Assembly: GCA_021648225.1 (NCBI GenBank)
Contig: JAKITE010000002.1
Coordinates: 5,391 to 69,390 of the forward strand
Reading direction: 5' to 3'
Length of the DNA: 64,000 bases
From: Paracoccaceae bacterium
GTDB taxonomy: Bacteria > Pseudomonadota > Alphaproteobacteria > Rhodobacterales > Rhodobacteraceae
Shown here: piece by piece, positions 8,714 through 20,706 of the stretch
Layout: each line of letters opens with the position of its first letter
Numbering within the stretch: position 1 is the stretch's first letter
Position numbers and translations under genes: made by a program
Notes under the pieces: model-generated
The model's database searches: none
What the model saw: only the letters and a program-made list of their open reading frames with translations
Told to the model about the DNA's origin: nothing

Positions 8714-10155
8714 TAGTTTAACAGGCTGGTTGCGGCTGCCAGTGCCATGCCCTCAACCCCGAACATATTGACGATGCCAAACACCATTGCGCCCGCAGAT
8801 GCGGCCAGAAATACCATGTGCAGCAGTGGCATTTTGCCATCCAGCACTTCGGTTTCCTCCCCAAAATACATGATGTAAATGATACGCAGATAATAAAACG
8901 CCGCAATCACCGAGGCCATCACGCCGGCAATCGCCAGCCATGCCAGATCGGCCTGAATGGCCGCATTCAGCACATAGAATTTACCAAAAAAGCCAACCAG
9001 CGGCGGCAGGCCCATCAGGCTGAACATCAACAGTGTAAGCGCCAATGCCTGCCCCGGTGCGCGTTTTGAAAACATGCCAAGCGCGTTGATGTCGGTTACA
9101 GGCCGACCGTCGCGCTCCATATTCAAAATGAATGCGAACACACCAATATTGGTGACAACATAGATCACCATATAGATCAGCATATTGGTCACGCCCAGTT
9201 GCGTGCCCGCTGCCAGCCCCATCAGCGCAAAGCCCATATGGCCAATGGAAGAATAAGCCATCAGACGTTTGATATTGCGCTGGCCAATCGCGGCGATTGA
9301 GCCGACAAACATCGACAATAGTGCAATAAAGGCAATGATCTGCTGCCAATCGGCAACCGCATAGCCAAAAGCATCAAACAACACCCGCGCAAACATCGCC
9401 ATGGCGGCAACCTTTGGCGCAGTGGCAAAAAACAGGGTAACCGGCGTTGGCGAGCCTTCATAAACATCAGGTGTCCACATATGAAACGGCGCGGCGGATA
9501 CCTTGAATGCCAGCCCTGTTGACATAAACACAAGGCCAAACAACACACCCAGCGACATGCCCTCAGCCGAAATTACCGCTGTGATGGATGTAAATTCAGT
9601 AGCACCGGTATAGCCGTAAACCAGCGACATACCATATAGCAACATACCCGAGGAAAGCGCGCCCAGCACAAAATATTTCAGCCCGGCCTCGGATGATTTC
9701 AGCGAGTCGCGGTTGAAAGATGCAATCACATAAAGCGCCAGCGATTGTAATTCCAACCCCATATAAAGCGACATCAGGTTGCCAGCCGATACCATCATCA
9801 TCATGCCAACCATGGCCAGGGAGATCAGCACCGGAAATTCGAATTTCATCAGGTTTTTGGCAACCAGAAAATTACGTGCCAAAATCAGCATTGCCGCGCC
9901 GGACCACAGCATCAAAACCTTGGCAAACCGCGCAAACGGGTCATCGACAAACATACCGTGAAATGCGGTGTTTGTATCGGCACCGGCAAAGCCGATCCAG
10001 AAACCAAGGCCGACAAAAACCAGCGCGGTTGCCCATAAGACACCTTCGCCCTTTTCGGTTTTGTTAAAGACGCCAAACATCAGCGCCGCCATGGCAAAAC
10101 CAACCAGAATTAGTTCTGGCAGGATAACATTTATGTCGTTGCTTAACATGTTCAT
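8713..10155 (-). CDS. nuoN: NADH-quinone oxidoreductase subunit N
   Basis: 480-aa polytopic antiporter-like protein in the last position of the nuo operon. Confidence 0.9.
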   Translation of the reverse strand: MNMLSNDINVILPELILVGFAMAALMFGVFNKTEKGEGVLWATALVFVGLGFWIGFAGADTNTAFHGMFVDDPFARFAKVLMLWSGAAMLILARNFLVAKNLMKFEFPVLISLAMVGMMMMVSAGNLMSLYMGLELQSLALYVIASFNRDSLKSSEAGLKYFVLGALSSGMLLYGMSLVYGYTGATEFTSITAVISAEGMSLGVLFGLVFMSTGLAFKVSAAPFHMWTPDVYEGSPTPVTLFFATAPKVAAMAMFARVLFDAFGYAVADWQQIIAFIALLSMFVGSIAAIGQRNIKRLMAYSSIGHMGFALMGLAAGTQLGVTNMLIYMVIYVVTNIGVFAFILNMERDGRPVTDINALGMFSKRAPGQALALTLLMFSLMGLPPLVGFFGKFYVLNAAIQADLAWLAIAGVMASVIAAFYYLRIIYIMYFGEETEVLDGKMPLLHMVFLAASAGAMVFGIVNMFGVEGMALAAATSLLN

Positions 10156-10161
10156 ATCACC

Positions 10162-11706
10162 CTAATGCCCAGTTGCAGCCGGCACAGCATCCATCAGATG
10201 TGCCGTTGCCATATTGAAATTTTCCACCAAAACGTCCACTGACGGCCCGATAATATCCAGCAACAATCCGGGCGCGACACCCAGCAGAATTGTTGCGACC
10301 ACCAAGGGCGCAATCAGCCATTTTTCGCGCAGGTCCATATCTTTGATGGATTTCAGGCTTTCTTTGATCAGATCGCCAAACACCACACGGCGATACAGCC
10401 AAAGCGCATAGCCCGCCGAAAGGATCACGCCCAATGTTGCCCCCGCAGCCACCCATGTATTGGCCTGAAACGCGCCTGCCAAGGTCAGGAATTCACCGAT
10501 AAAGCCCGACGTGCCCGGCAAGCCGACATTGCCCATGGTAAACAGCATAAACACCATCGCATAGACCGGCATGCGCACCACAAGCCCGCCATAAGCGTCA
10601 ATTTCCCTTGTGTGCATGCGTTCATAAATGGTGCCGACCAACAGGAACAGCGCACCGGAAATAAAGCCGTGGCTGATCATCTGGAAAATCGCGCCATCAA
10701 GCCCCTGTTTGTTAAAGGTAAATATCCCCATGGTCACAAAACCCATATGCGCCACGGATGAATAGGCGATCAGCTTTTTCATATCGGTCTGCATCAGCGC
10801 AATTAGCGAGGTAATGATAATTGCCGCCACCGAAAGGAAAAACACAAAATCCTGCATGACAAAGCTGGCCACCGGAAACATCGGCAAGCTAAAGCGCAAA
10901 AACCCGTAACCACCCATTTTCAGCAAGATCGCCGCCAGCACCATCGACCCCGCGGTCGGGGCCTGCACATGGGCATCGGGCAGCCAGGTATGCACCGGCC
11001 ACATCGGCATTTTAACCGCAAAGCTTGCGAAAAATGCCAGCCACATCAGGGTTTGCGCGCCGCCAATGATCTGCCAGCCCAGTATTGAAATGGTGCCGGA
11101 ATTAAACTGATGGGTCAGCAAGGTTGGAATATCGGTGGTGCCTGCCTCCATCCACATGGCGATCATGGCGATCAGCATCAAAACCGAGCCAAACAGCGTA
11201 TAGAGGAAGAATTTGAACGAGGCATAAACCCGTTCCTTGCCACCCCAAATGCCGATAATCAGGAACATCGGAATCAGGCCTGCCTCAAAAAATACATAGA
11301 ACAGGAACAGATCAAGCGATACAAAAACCCCGATCATCAGGGTTTCCAGAATAAGGAACGCAATCATATATTCCTTAACCCGATGCTCGACCTTCCAGCT
11401 GGCGCCGATCACAATCGGCATCAACAGGGTGGTCAGCATTACAAACAGAATCGAAATCCCGTCAACGCCCATTTTATAGGTTAAGCCGCCAATCCAACTG
11501 GCTTCTTCAACCATCTGGAAATCGGTATTTTCAGGGTCAAACTGAAACAGAATGCTAAGCGAGGCCAGAAAAGTCACAACCGTAACCGCCAGCGCCACGC
11601 GTTTGGCATTTAGCACTGCAACCGCATCATCGCCGCGCAAAAACACCAGTAACACCGCCGCGCCAATCATGGGCAGAAAGGTAACAAGGGAAAGAAGATT
11701 ATCCAT
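10162..11706 (-). CDS. nuoM: NADH-quinone oxidoreductase subunit M
   Basis: 514-aa antiporter-like subunit with the [14 protein letters not shown] motif, in operon position. Confidence 0.9.
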   Translation of the reverse strand: MDNLLSLVTFLPMIGAAVLLVFLRGDDAVAVLNAKRVALAVTVVTFLASLSILFQFDPENTDFQMVEEASWIGGLTYKMGVDGISILFVMLTTLLMPIVIGASWKVEHRVKEYMIAFLILETLMIGVFVSLDLFLFYVFFEAGLIPMFLIIGIWGGKERVYASFKFFLYTLFGSVLMLIAMIAMWMEAGTTDIPTLLTHQFNSGTISILGWQIIGGAQTLMWLAFFASFAVKMPMWPVHTWLPDAHVQAPTAGSMVLAAILLKMGGYGFLRFSLPMFPVASFVMQDFVFFLSVAAIIITSLIALMQTDMKKLIAYSSVAHMGFVTMGIFTFNKQGLDGAIFQMISHGFISGALFLLVGTIYERMHTREIDAYGGLVVRMPVYAMVFMLFTMGNVGLPGTSGFIGEFLTLAGAFQANTWVAAGATLGVILSAGYALWLYRRVVFGDLIKESLKSIKDMDLREKWLIAPLVVATILLGVAPGLLLDIIGPSVDVLVENFNMATAHLMDAVPAATGH

Positions 11707-13677
11707 TTATTGCGCCCCTCGGGTAAACACAAACCACGTTATTATTGCACCAACCCCGATGATCATCGCGAAAGCATAGGTAAACACGTATCCCGACTGC
11801 CAACGATTGGCCAGCCGCGTCAGCCACGGAATAATCCCCATAGCCAAACCATTCAAAGCCCCGTCAATCACCACGCCATCAACTTTTTTCCAAAGAAAAG
11901 TGCCAAGACGTTTGGACGGATTAACAATCACCAGATCGATCAGTTCGTCGAAATACCATTTATTGAGCAGAAATTGATAAAGCCCGGGGTTGCGCTTGGC
12001 CAAAGCTTTGGGCGCTTCGGGATTGCGGATATAGAAATAATACGCAGCCAAAAAGCCGGATAGCATGGCGACAAACGGCGATACCTTGACCCATTTTGGC
12101 ACATAATGCGCATCATGAATAACGGTATTGGTTTCATGATTGACATAAACCGCCTCGCCAAACCATGCGGTCACGTTGTCGCCAAAAAATTCCGGATACC
12201 AGAGCATACCGGCAAACGCAGACCCGACCGCCAGCACCAGCAAAGGGATCAGCATGACAAGCGGGCTTTCATGGGCGTGATCATGGGTGTGCTTATCACC
12301 CCTCGGGTCGCCATAAAATGTCATAAACATCAACCGCCAGCTATAAAAACTGGTCATCGCCGCTGAAAACACCAGCATATAAAACGCATAGCTGCCCGCT
12401 GCGGTGCCCGCCGCAAATGTGGTCTCGATAATTGCATCCTTGGAAAGGAACCCTGCAAAACCAATGGTGGTTAGCGGAATGCCAACGCCGGTGATGGCCA
12501 GAGTGCCGATCATCATCGCCCAAAATGTTTTGGGGATTTTATGACGCAAACCGCCGTAATTACGCATATCCTGTTCGTGATGCATGGCGGTAATCACCGA
12601 ACCGGCCCCGAGAAACAACATCGCCTTGAAAAACGCATGGGTGAATAGATGGAATATCGCCACCTGATAGGCACCAACACCGGCAGCGGCAAACATATAG
12701 CCAAGCTGCGACATGGTTGAATAGGCAATCACCCGTTTGATATCGTTTTGAACCAGCCCGATTGTGGCCGCCACAAAGGCCGTGGTTGCGCCAACATAGG
12801 TCACAAAAGCCAGCGTTCCGGGGGCATATTCAAACACCGGCGACATGCGCACCACAAGGAAAACCCCTGCGGTAACCATCGTGGCCGCATGGATCAGCGC
12901 CGAAACAGGGGTCGGGCCTTCCATCGCGTCGGGCAGCCATGTGTGCAGAAACAACTGCGCCGATTTACCCATCGCACCAATAAACAGCAACAATGTCAGA
13001 ATGCCGGCCGCATTCATGGTCATGCCCAGAAATTCCATTTTAACCTGTGACAGTTCATGTCCGGCGGCAAAAATATCATCAAAATTGATACTATCGGTCA
13101 TCAGGAACAAGCCGAATATACCCAGAGCAAAACCAAAATCACCAACCCGATTGACAATAAATGCCTTCATCGCGGCGGCATTGGCCGAGGGTTTGCGGTA
13201 ATAAAACCCGATCAAAAGATACGAGGCAACGCCCACGCCTTCCCAGCCAAAAAACATTTGCAGCAGGTTGTCAGAGGTCACCAGCATCAGCATCGAGAAG
13301 GTGAAAAACGACAGATACGCAAAGAAACGCGGCTCATAGCTTTCGCCTTTGCGCCATTGCGGATCGTCTTTCATATAACCAATCGAATACAGATGCACGA
13401 GCGCGGAAACCGTGGTCACCACCACCAGCATTATTTGCGTCAGACGGTCCATGCGGATCGCCCAGTCAACGCTTAACGAACCGCTTTCCAGCCAGCGCAT
13501 AATGGTGATGGTTTCAGCCACATCATATTGACCGAAAAACACGATCCACGACAAAAATGCCGCCAGAAACAACAGCCCCGTAGAGACAAACTTGGCGTTT
13601 TGCTCGCCAATGATACGCCAGCCAAAACCGGCAATAAGCGCGCCAACCAGCGGAGCAAAGAGGATAATTACCGGCAT
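11707..13677 (-). CDS. nuoL: NADH-quinone oxidoreductase subunit L
   Basis: 656 aa with the [22 protein letters not shown] motif and the long C-terminal extension typical of NuoL. Confidence 0.9.
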   Translation of the reverse strand: MPVIILFAPLVGALIAGFGWRIIGEQNAKFVSTGLLFLAAFLSWIVFFGQYDVAETITIMRWLESGSLSVDWAIRMDRLTQIMLVVVTTVSALVHLYSIGYMKDDPQWRKGESYEPRFFAYLSFFTFSMLMLVTSDNLLQMFFGWEGVGVASYLLIGFYYRKPSANAAAMKAFIVNRVGDFGFALGIFGLFLMTDSINFDDIFAAGHELSQVKMEFLGMTMNAAGILTLLLFIGAMGKSAQLFLHTWLPDAMEGPTPVSALIHAATMVTAGVFLVVRMSPVFEYAPGTLAFVTYVGATTAFVAATIGLVQNDIKRVIAYSTMSQLGYMFAAAGVGAYQVAIFHLFTHAFFKAMLFLGAGSVITAMHHEQDMRNYGGLRHKIPKTFWAMMIGTLAITGVGIPLTTIGFAGFLSKDAIIETTFAAGTAAGSYAFYMLVFSAAMTSFYSWRLMFMTFYGDPRGDKHTHDHAHESPLVMLIPLLVLAVGSAFAGMLWYPEFFGDNVTAWFGEAVYVNHETNTVIHDAHYVPKWVKVSPFVAMLSGFLAAYYFYIRNPEAPKALAKRNPGLYQFLLNKWYFDELIDLVIVNPSKRLGTFLWKKVDGVVIDGALNGLAMGIIPWLTRLANRWQSGYVFTYAFAMIIGVGAIITWFVFTRGAQ

Positions 13678-13680
13678 GAT

Positions 13681-13989
13681 TTACCCCTTCATCACGTTAA
13701 CGTCTTCGACGTCAATCGTGCCACGGTTTCGGAAGAATACAACAAGAATGGCCAAGCCAATCGCAGCCTCGGCGGCAGCGACGGTCAGGATAAACAGCGT
13801 AAATATCTGCCCGACCAAATCGCCAAGATGCACGGAAAAAGCCACCATATTGATATTGACCGCCAGCAGCATCAGCTCGATCGACATCAAAATGACAATG
13901 ATGTTTTTACGGTTCAGGAATATGCCGAATATGCCGATCACAAACAGGATCGCGGCAACGGTTAGGTAATGTTCAAGTCCGATACTCAT
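13681..13989 (-). CDS. nuoK: NADH-quinone oxidoreductase subunit K
   Basis: 102 aa with 3 TM helices, in operon position. Confidence 0.9.
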   Translation of the reverse strand: MSIGLEHYLTVAAILFVIGIFGIFLNRKNIIVILMSIELMLLAVNINMVAFSVHLGDLVGQIFTLFILTVAAAEAAIGLAILVVFFRNRGTIDVEDVNVMKG

Positions 13990-14600
13990 ATGCCCTGCCC
14001 CGGTTTTACGTCGACCATCTCGACGGCTTTGTCTGCGTCGCGGTAAATCTGTTCCACAATATCCTGGCGTTTGATATCCGGGCGGTGGCGCATGGTCAGC
14101 ACAATTGCGCCAATCATTGCCACCAGCAGGATCAGACCGGAGGCCTGAAACAGATATACATATCGGGTATAAATCAGCTGCCCCAACGCCACGGTATTTT
14201 CAACATCCACAGGCAAAGGCGCCACAGCCGCGCGCATATCAGGCGCCAGCCCAGCCGTGGACCAAGCCCCGACAACTAAAACCAATTCAACCAGTAAAAT
14301 AAGGCCCAGCAACGTGCCGATGCGGGCATATTTTGACATGCCGGATTTTAGCGCCGCGAAATCCACATCCATCATCATCACCACAAACAGGAACAGCACC
14401 ATCACCGCGCCCACATATACAATCACCAACAACATGGCGATAAATTCGGCCCCCATCAGCACAAACAGCCCTGCCGCGCTGAAAAATGTCAGGATCAACC
14501 ATAAAACAGCATGCACAGGGTTGCGCGACAGGGTGACCATAAGGCCAGCCGCCACTGCCACACCGGCAAACAAGTAAAAAGCGAGGGTCGCTATGACCAT
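13986..14600 (-). CDS. nuoJ: NADH-quinone oxidoreductase subunit J
   Basis: 204-aa membrane protein that overlaps nuoK by 4 nt. Confidence 0.88.
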   Translation of the reverse strand: MVIATLAFYLFAGVAVAAGLMVTLSRNPVHAVLWLILTFFSAAGLFVLMGAEFIAMLLVIVYVGAVMVLFLFVVMMMDVDFAALKSGMSKYARIGTLLGLILLVELVLVVGAWSTAGLAPDMRAAVAPLPVDVENTVALGQLIYTRYVYLFQASGLILLVAMIGAIVLTMRHRPDIKRQDIVEQIYRDADKAVEMVDVKPGQGI

Positions 14601-14615
14601 TTGTCTATCCTTTTC

Positions 14616-15107
14616 TTAGCGGTAAGGCGCATCAAGTTCGATATTGCGGGCAATTTCGGCTTCCCAGCGTTCACCGTTGGCAAGCAATTTTTCTTTGTCG
14701 TAAAACAGTTCTTCGCGGGTTTCTGTGGCGTATTCAAAATTCGGGCCTTCAACAATGGCATCCACAGGACAAGCTTCCTGACAGAAACCGCAAAAAATGC
14801 ATTTGGTCATGTCGATGTCATAACGCGTGGTGCGGCGAGAGCCATCGATCCGCGGTTCTGCATCAATGGTGATGGCCTGCGCGGGGCAAATCGCCTCACA
14901 TAATTTGCAGGCAATGCAGCGTTCTTCACCATTGGGATAGCGACGCAAAGCGTGTTCGCCGCGAAAACGCGGGCTAAGCGGGCCTTTTTCATGGGGGTAG
15001 TTAATGGTGGCTTTGGGGCGGAAAAAATATTTCATACCGGTGCCAAACGCACCAATAAAATCCGTCAGCAAAAACCGCTTGATTACTTTTGAAACTGTAA
15101 CCGTCAT
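14616..15107 (-). CDS. nuoI: NADH-quinone oxidoreductase subunit I (2x[4Fe-4S])
   Basis: Two ferredoxin-type motifs, [12 protein letters not shown] and [12 protein letters not shown]. Confidence 0.92.
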   Translation of the reverse strand: MTVTVSKVIKRFLLTDFIGAFGTGMKYFFRPKATINYPHEKGPLSPRFRGEHALRRYPNGEERCIACKLCEAICPAQAITIDAEPRIDGSRRTTRYDIDMTKCIFCGFCQEACPVDAIVEGPNFEYATETREELFYDKEKLLANGERWEAEIARNIELDAPYR

Positions 15108-15108
15108 A

Positions 15109-16149
15109 TCAGCCCCCTATCGCCCAACGTGCATAGGCAGGAACGCCCATTTGCGCCATTGCCGCCACAAAAACCACCCAACCCAGCGATAGCGGCAGGA
15201 ATACTTTCCAGCCCAGACGCATCAATTGATCATAGCGATAGCGCGGCACCAATGCCTTGACCATGGCAAACATAAAGAACAGTGCAGCCATTTTCAGAAC
15301 CATCCACCAGACCCCGTCGGGCAGGAATTCAACCGGCGACAGCCAACCACCAAAGAACAGGATCGCCATCAGCGCGCACATCAGCACCACGGCCATCAAT
15401 TCGCCGATCATAAACAGCAAAAACGGCGTCGCGGAATATTCGACCTGAAAACCGGCAACCAGTTCGGCCTCGGCCTCGGGCAGATCAAATGGCGGGCGGT
15501 TGGTTTCGGCAAGGGCCGATACAAAAAACAGAATGACCATCGGGAAATGCGGCAGCCAATACCAGCCAAGCGCGCCATAACCGACGTCTTGCGCGTTAAC
15601 AATGGCGCTAAAATTCAATGACCCCGTGGAAATCAATACCCCCACGATGATAAAGCCGATCGAGACCTCGTATGAAATCATCTGCCCGGCCGAACGCAGC
15701 GCCCCCAGAAACGGATATTTGGAATTCGAGGCCCAGCCGCCCAGAATAACCCCGTAAACCTCCAATGATCCAATCGCGAAAATATACAAAACACCGACAT
15801 TAAGGTCCGAAACCACCCAGCCATCGGCAAACGGAATCACCGCCCAGGCCACCACTGCCAGAATAAAGGTCAGCATAGGTGCTATGAAAAACACGGGCTT
15901 GTCAGCCCCCGCAGGCACTACGACTTCTTTGACGATATATTTGATAAAATCAGCAAAGCTTTGCAGCAAGCCAAACGGGCCGACCATGTTTGGCCCTTTG
16001 CGCATCTGCACCGCTGCCCAGATTTTGCGATCTGCATACATAAGGAACGCCAAAGCCACCAGAATAAGCACAACCACCAGCAATGCCTGCCCCAGAATCA
16101 CCAGAAACGTGCCAAAATAGAACCCGAATATATTGATCATAAAGTCCAT
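15109..16149 (-). CDS. nuoH: NADH-quinone oxidoreductase subunit H
   Basis: 346-aa ND1-like polytopic protein, in operon position. Confidence 0.9.
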   Translation of the reverse strand: MDFMINIFGFYFGTFLVILGQALLVVVLILVALAFLMYADRKIWAAVQMRKGPNMVGPFGLLQSFADFIKYIVKEVVVPAGADKPVFFIAPMLTFILAVVAWAVIPFADGWVVSDLNVGVLYIFAIGSLEVYGVILGGWASNSKYPFLGALRSAGQMISYEVSIGFIIVGVLISTGSLNFSAIVNAQDVGYGALGWYWLPHFPMVILFFVSALAETNRPPFDLPEAEAELVAGFQVEYSATPFLLFMIGELMAVVLMCALMAILFFGGWLSPVEFLPDGVWWMVLKMAALFFMFAMVKALVPRYRYDQLMRLGWKVFLPLSLGWVVFVAAMAQMGVPAYARWAIGG

Positions 16150-16152
16150 ATT

Positions 16153-18165
16153 CTACTCCGCGGCCATTGGTTTTTGCGCCTGATTCAACTGGCTGAGTTC
16201 TGCCATAGTTTTAGAGGCACGCGCAATCGGATTGGTCAAATAATAGTCAGAAATCGCACAATTAAATGCGCCGCCCTTCAGTTTCTTTGGCTTGGCCTTA
16301 ACCCATTGATTTTCCGGCACAGCGTCCAGTGCTGCCAGATGCGGGAATTCCTTGAAAAGCAGGCTGCGAAGCTGTGCCAGATTGTCAAACGGCAAGGCCG
16401 CACCCAGTTCAGCCGACAGCGCGCGTAGTATCGCCCAGCCTTCGCGGGCATCACCCGGGGCAAACCCAGCGCGATTGGCCATTTGCGGGCGGCCTTCGGT
16501 ATTGACAAAAATACCGGATTCTTCGGTGTAAGCCGCGCTTGGTAAAATCACATCAGCGCGGTGCGCGCCACGATCCCCGTGCGAGCCTTGATAAATCACA
16601 AACGGGCCGGCATCGATATCCAGCTCGTCGGCGCCAAGGTTATAAATCACCTCGGCCCCGTCAAGCGCGTTAATCATGCCACCCTCGGTGTTAAACCCGA
16701 TATCCATGCCGCCAACCCGCGCAGCGGCGGTGTGCAGCACCATGAATTTGGAATTGGTGTTTTCAACCAGCTTTTTGGCGGCTTCCAGAACCGCTTCGCC
16801 GTCTTTGCCGGTTAATGCAGCCTGCCCGATGATCACCACGGCATCCATGTCTTTGGCAGGGCCGGTATCCTGATTGGCCAGTTTTTCCAGCGCGGCACGA
16901 TCATTGCCGACATGGGTATATTCATACGTTAAATCAACGGCTTCGCCAAGCAAACCAACCGTAGCCCCCGCCGCCCAGGCCTTGCGAATACGCGCATTCA
17001 GCACCGGCGATTCCATGCGTGGGTTGGTCCCGATCAATTGAATCATCTGGGCATTGTCAATGTCTTCAATGCTGGCAGTGCCCACATATCCGGCACGATC
17101 ATCAATCGGCAAATAGGCCCCGTCAACCCGGCATTCCAGATTGCCACCGGCACCACCAATCAGCGATTTAAGCGCATACATGGTTTCCACGCTGGCCAGA
17201 TCACCGGCAATCGCGGCGATCTTCTTGCCATCAACCGCATCGACAATAGCCTTGAATGCTTGGTCCCAACTGGCCTTTTGCAGCTTGCCATCAACCCGCA
17301 CATAAGGCGTATCCAGCCGCTGGCTGCGCAAGCCATCCCACACAAAACGGGTTTTGTCGGAAATCCATTCTTCATTGATGCCATCATGATTGCGCGGCAA
17401 TATCCGCATGACTTCGCGGCCTTTGGTATCCACCCGAATGTTTGATCCAAGCGCGTCCATCACGTCAATGGTCTCGGTTTTTCGTAATTCCCAAGGGCGT
17501 GCTGAAAACGCATATGGCTTGCTGGTCAGCGCGCCAACCGGACAAAGATCAATGATATTGCCTTGCAGATTGCTGTCGAGCGTCGCGCCCAGATAGGTGG
17601 TAATTTCCGCATCCTCGCCACGGCCGGTCTGGCCCATGGTCATGATGCCTGCAACCTCGGAAGTAAACCGCACACAGCGGGTGCAGGAAATACAGCGGGT
17701 CATGGTGGTGGCCACCAACGGCCCCAGTTGCAGATCATCGCTGGCGCGTTTGGCCTCGCGAGAGCGGCTGAAATCAACGCCGTAAGCCATGGCCTGATCT
17801 TGTAGATCACATTCGCCGCCCTGATCACAGATCGGGCAATCCAGCGGGTGGTTCAGCAGCAAAAATTCCATCACGCCTTCGCGGGCCTTTTTCACCATAG
17901 GGGATTTGGTTTTCACCACCGGCGGCTGGCCTTCTGGCCCGGGGCGCAGATCACGCACCTGCATGGCGCAAGACGCGGCAGGTTTGGGCGGGCCACCCAC
18001 GACCTCCACCAGACACATGCGGCAGTTGCCGGCAATGCTTAGGCGTTCGTGATAACAAAAACGCGGAATTTCAATTCCGGCAAGCTCCGCGGCCTGAAGA
18101 ATGGTCATCGCGCCATCTACTTCCAGCTCAACGCCGTCGATGATGATTTTTTTAAGGTTTGTCAT
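16153..18165 (-). CDS. nuoG: NADH-quinone oxidoreductase subunit G (75-kDa Fe-S subunit)
   Basis: 670 aa with an N-terminal 2Fe-2S/4Fe-4S cysteine pattern: [33 protein letters not shown] and [10 protein letters not shown]. Confidence 0.92.
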   Translation of the reverse strand: MTNLKKIIIDGVELEVDGAMTILQAAELAGIEIPRFCYHERLSIAGNCRMCLVEVVGGPPKPAASCAMQVRDLRPGPEGQPPVVKTKSPMVKKAREGVMEFLLLNHPLDCPICDQGGECDLQDQAMAYGVDFSRSREAKRASDDLQLGPLVATTMTRCISCTRCVRFTSEVAGIMTMGQTGRGEDAEITTYLGATLDSNLQGNIIDLCPVGALTSKPYAFSARPWELRKTETIDVMDALGSNIRVDTKGREVMRILPRNHDGINEEWISDKTRFVWDGLRSQRLDTPYVRVDGKLQKASWDQAFKAIVDAVDGKKIAAIAGDLASVETMYALKSLIGGAGGNLECRVDGAYLPIDDRAGYVGTASIEDIDNAQMIQLIGTNPRMESPVLNARIRKAWAAGATVGLLGEAVDLTYEYTHVGNDRAALEKLANQDTGPAKDMDAVVIIGQAALTGKDGEAVLEAAKKLVENTNSKFMVLHTAAARVGGMDIGFNTEGGMINALDGAEVIYNLGADELDIDAGPFVIYQGSHGDRGAHRADVILPSAAYTEESGIFVNTEGRPQMANRAGFAPGDAREGWAILRALSAELGAALPFDNLAQLRSLLFKEFPHLAALDAVPENQWVKAKPKKLKGGAFNCAISDYYLTNPIARASKTMAELSQLNQAQKPMAAE

Positions 18166-18216
18166 TGGCAGATTCCTGCAAAAACCCGACCATTGGCAGG
18201 GTGTTCAAAAAATTAT

Positions 18217-18612
18217 TCATATCGTGTCCCAAGATGCTGCCTCGGGGTCGAGGTCGGAAATACATTCCCATACTTCGCGAAAATCCATAAAGCCGGAAAA
18301 CAGATTGCCGTTAAATACCTGACCGGTCAAACAAATTTCGCTTACGCGACGCGCGCTAATCACAAAAGGATTTTCAAATATTTCAAAAAACGAACGGCTA
18401 ACCCGCTCATTTTGATTGTCAAAAACCTTGGCGTGGACAAGATAGCGCCGCACCAGATAACTGGTTTTTTGAAATTCACGCAAACATTGCTGCTGTGCCA
18501 TCCGGTCAGGCCCGACTTCGGCACGGCAAATTCTTTGCCCCGCATCCGAATGCGTCGCCGCACTGGCCAGTGCGGGGGGCAACAGAAATAGCAATATAAG
18601 CAGGTATTTCAC
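18217..18612 (-). CDS. Hypothetical secreted protein embedded between nuoF and nuoG
   Basis: 131 aa with a signal peptide (MKYLLILLFLLPPALASAATH) and 4 Cys. It is co-oriented and tightly spaced: 3 nt after the nuoF stop and 51 nt before the nuoG start. The region is AT-richer than its flanks by eye. Confidence 0.6.
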   Translation of the reverse strand: MKYLLILLFLLPPALASAATHSDAGQRICRAEVGPDRMAQQQCLREFQKTSYLVRRYLVHAKVFDNQNERVSRSFFEIFENPFVISARRVSEICLTGQVFNGNLFSGFMDFREVWECISDLDPEAASWDTI

Positions 18613-18615
18613 TGG

Positions 18616-19911
18616 TTACTCCGCTGCAACCGCGCTGACGCGGCCGGTTTTTTGATGTTTGATCCGGTCCTCAATCTCATTTCTGAAATGCCGCACCAGC
18701 CCCTGAATTGGCCATGCCGCCGCATCGCCAAGCGCGCAGATCGTGTGGCCTTCAACCTGTTTGGTCACGTCCAGCAACATGTCGATTTCCTCCAGCTCGG
18801 CCTCGCCGGTTACCAAACGGTCCATGACCCGCATCATCCAGCCGGTGCCTTCGCGGCACGGGGTGCATTGGCCGCAGCTTTCGTGTTTGTAAAATTTGCT
18901 CAACCGCCAGATGGCTTTGATTACGTCGGTGGATTGGTCCATCACGATAACCGCCGCTGTGCCCAGCCCTGATCGTTGCTCGCGCAGCCAGTCAAAATCC
19001 ATGATCGCATCATTGCAGATATCCGCAGGCAATAACGGCACCGAAGAACCACCCGGAATCACCGCTTTCAGGTTTTTCCAGCCGCCGCGCACCCCACCGC
19101 AATGCTTATCCAGCAATTCGCGCAACGGAATAGACATGGCTTCTTCAACCACACAAGGGTTAACCACATGTCCCGAAATACCAAACAGCTTTGTGCCCGC
19201 GTTATTTGCGCGGCCAATACCGGCAAACCAATCCGGCCCACGGCGCAAAATGGTGGGCACAACCGCAATCGATTCAACATTGTTTACCGTGGTCGGGCAG
19301 CCATAAAGGCCGACACCGGCGGGAAAAGGCGGTTTCATGCGCGGCATGCCTTTGCGCCCCTCAAGGCTTTCCAGCAAGGCGGTTTCTTCGCCGCAAATAT
19401 ACGCACCCGCGCCATGCACCAGATAAAGATCAAAATCCCAACCGGATTTGGCAGCGTTTTTGCCCAGCAATCCCGCATCATAACATTCATCAATGGCATT
19501 TTGCAGGGCTTCGCGTTCGCGGATAAATTCACCGCGAATATAGATATATCCCGCATGCGCGCCCATGCCAAAACCGGCAATCAAACAGCCCTCGATCAGG
19601 GTATGGGGATCATGGCGCATGATCTCGCGGTCTTTGCAAGTGCCCGGTTCGGATTCGTCGGCATTGACCACCAGATAGCTGGGGCGACCGTCGCTTTCCT
19701 TGGGCATAAACGACCATTTAAGGCCGGTCGGAAAGCCCGCACCACCACGACCGCGCAGGCCGGAACCTTTGACCTGTTCAACAACCCAGTCGCGGCCTTC
19801 CTTGATAAAGCCTGCTGTGCCGTTCCAGTGGCCACGCGATTTTGCGCCCTTAAGCGAACGGTCATGCATGCCGTATAAATTGGTAAAGATCCGGTCTTGG
19901 TCTTTGAGCAT
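18616..19911 (-). CDS. nuoF: NADH-quinone oxidoreductase subunit F (FMN/NADH-binding)
   Basis: 431 aa with the [13 protein letters not shown] motif and the 4Fe-4S motif [12 protein letters not shown]. Confidence 0.93.
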   Translation of the reverse strand: MLKDQDRIFTNLYGMHDRSLKGAKSRGHWNGTAGFIKEGRDWVVEQVKGSGLRGRGGAGFPTGLKWSFMPKESDGRPSYLVVNADESEPGTCKDREIMRHDPHTLIEGCLIAGFGMGAHAGYIYIRGEFIREREALQNAIDECYDAGLLGKNAAKSGWDFDLYLVHGAGAYICGEETALLESLEGRKGMPRMKPPFPAGVGLYGCPTTVNNVESIAVVPTILRRGPDWFAGIGRANNAGTKLFGISGHVVNPCVVEEAMSIPLRELLDKHCGGVRGGWKNLKAVIPGGSSVPLLPADICNDAIMDFDWLREQRSGLGTAAVIVMDQSTDVIKAIWRLSKFYKHESCGQCTPCREGTGWMMRVMDRLVTGEAELEEIDMLLDVTKQVEGHTICALGDAAAWPIQGLVRHFRNEIEDRIKHQKTGRVSAVAAE

Positions 19912-19912
19912 T

Positions 19913-20137
19913 TTACTCTCCGCTGTTTTGGCGCGAACGCCAAACCCTAAAAAATACGATCATCGCAAAGGCAAAACCTGCCAAGGCCATGAAATCAATC
20001 AAAAACGCAAAGCGCACCGGCATGCCTAGCTGGCCACCGATCCACGAACCACCCATAAGCAAAACCACTGCAGCAATCATCACATAGGATGCCAGCCGGG
20101 TCTGTTTACGTTGGTTTTCTTCTGCGTTTTTGGTCAT
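19913..20137 (-). CDS. Small two-TM membrane protein (resembles the DUF5337-type ORF found between nuoE and nuoF in Rhodobacterales)
   Basis: 74 aa with two hydrophobic helices. It lies 1 nt upstream of the nuoF start. The family name is from memory and was not searched. Confidence 0.55.
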   Translation of the reverse strand: MTKNAEENQRKQTRLASYVMIAAVVLLMGGSWIGGQLGMPVRFAFLIDFMALAGFAFAMIVFFRVWRSRQNSGE

Positions 20138-20139
20138 GG

Positions 20140-20694
20140 TTATTTTGCCAGTTCTTTGGCTTGATCTACCCAGTTGTCACGGCTGACACGGCCCTTGAAA
20201 CTAACTAGATTCTGGTCGGCCCACTCTACTTCGGCGCTGCTCCAGCTTGCGATCTGGTCAAAATGAAATACGCCGGCTTTGTTCAGCTCTTTTTCCAGCT
20301 TTGGCCCGACGCCTTTGATTTTTTTCAAATCATCGCCTTTGCCGTCGCGGGCTTCGGTCAGTAATTCGGGCTTGCCATCTGTTGCTGCTGTCACTGGTTC
20401 GGATTCGGGTTCGGATACTTGCTCCGGTTCCGGTGTCGGCTCTGGCGCTGCGGGTGCGGGGGCTGGTGGCGTTTGCGCCGCGGCCGGAGCAACCGGAGCA
20501 CTAACATCGGATGCTTGGCTTTCGGCCTGTGCCTTGCACAAATACGACGATAAAAACCAGCCAACAACCAACAGTACCAGCAACATAAAAATACTTGCTG
20601 TCAAAGACATCCATGGCATTAGAACCACAGTAAATATTACTGAAATAATTGCGGCAATAATAAAATTACGCGTCATACATTTATTATAATCCAT
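20140..20694 (-). CDS. Membrane-anchored protein carrying a copy of the NuoE C-terminal helix-hairpin-helix module
   Basis: 184 aa: N-terminal TM helices, then a Pro/Ala/Glu linker, then a C-terminal block of about 77 aa. By hand alignment, about 58 of those 77 residues are identical to the C-terminus of the adjacent NuoE ([29 protein letters not shown]...NLVSFKGR). Confidence 0.7.
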   Translation of the reverse strand: MDYNKCMTRNFIIAAIISVIFTVVLMPWMSLTASIFMLLVLLVVGWFLSSYLCKAQAESQASDVSAPVAPAAAQTPPAPAPAAPEPTPEPEQVSEPESEPVTAATDGKPELLTEARDGKGDDLKKIKGVGPKLEKELNKAGVFHFDQIASWSSAEVEWADQNLVSFKGRVSRDNWVDQAKELAK

Positions 20695-20706
20695 TATTTT
20701 ATCTCC

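Noticed and set aside
18049-18591. 180-aa plus-strand ORF in the nuoF-nuoG spacer
   Set aside because: It competes with the minus-strand 131-aa ORF. The minus-strand ORF has a clean signal peptide, operon-consistent orientation and tight spacing. The plus-strand frame starts inside nuoG antisense.
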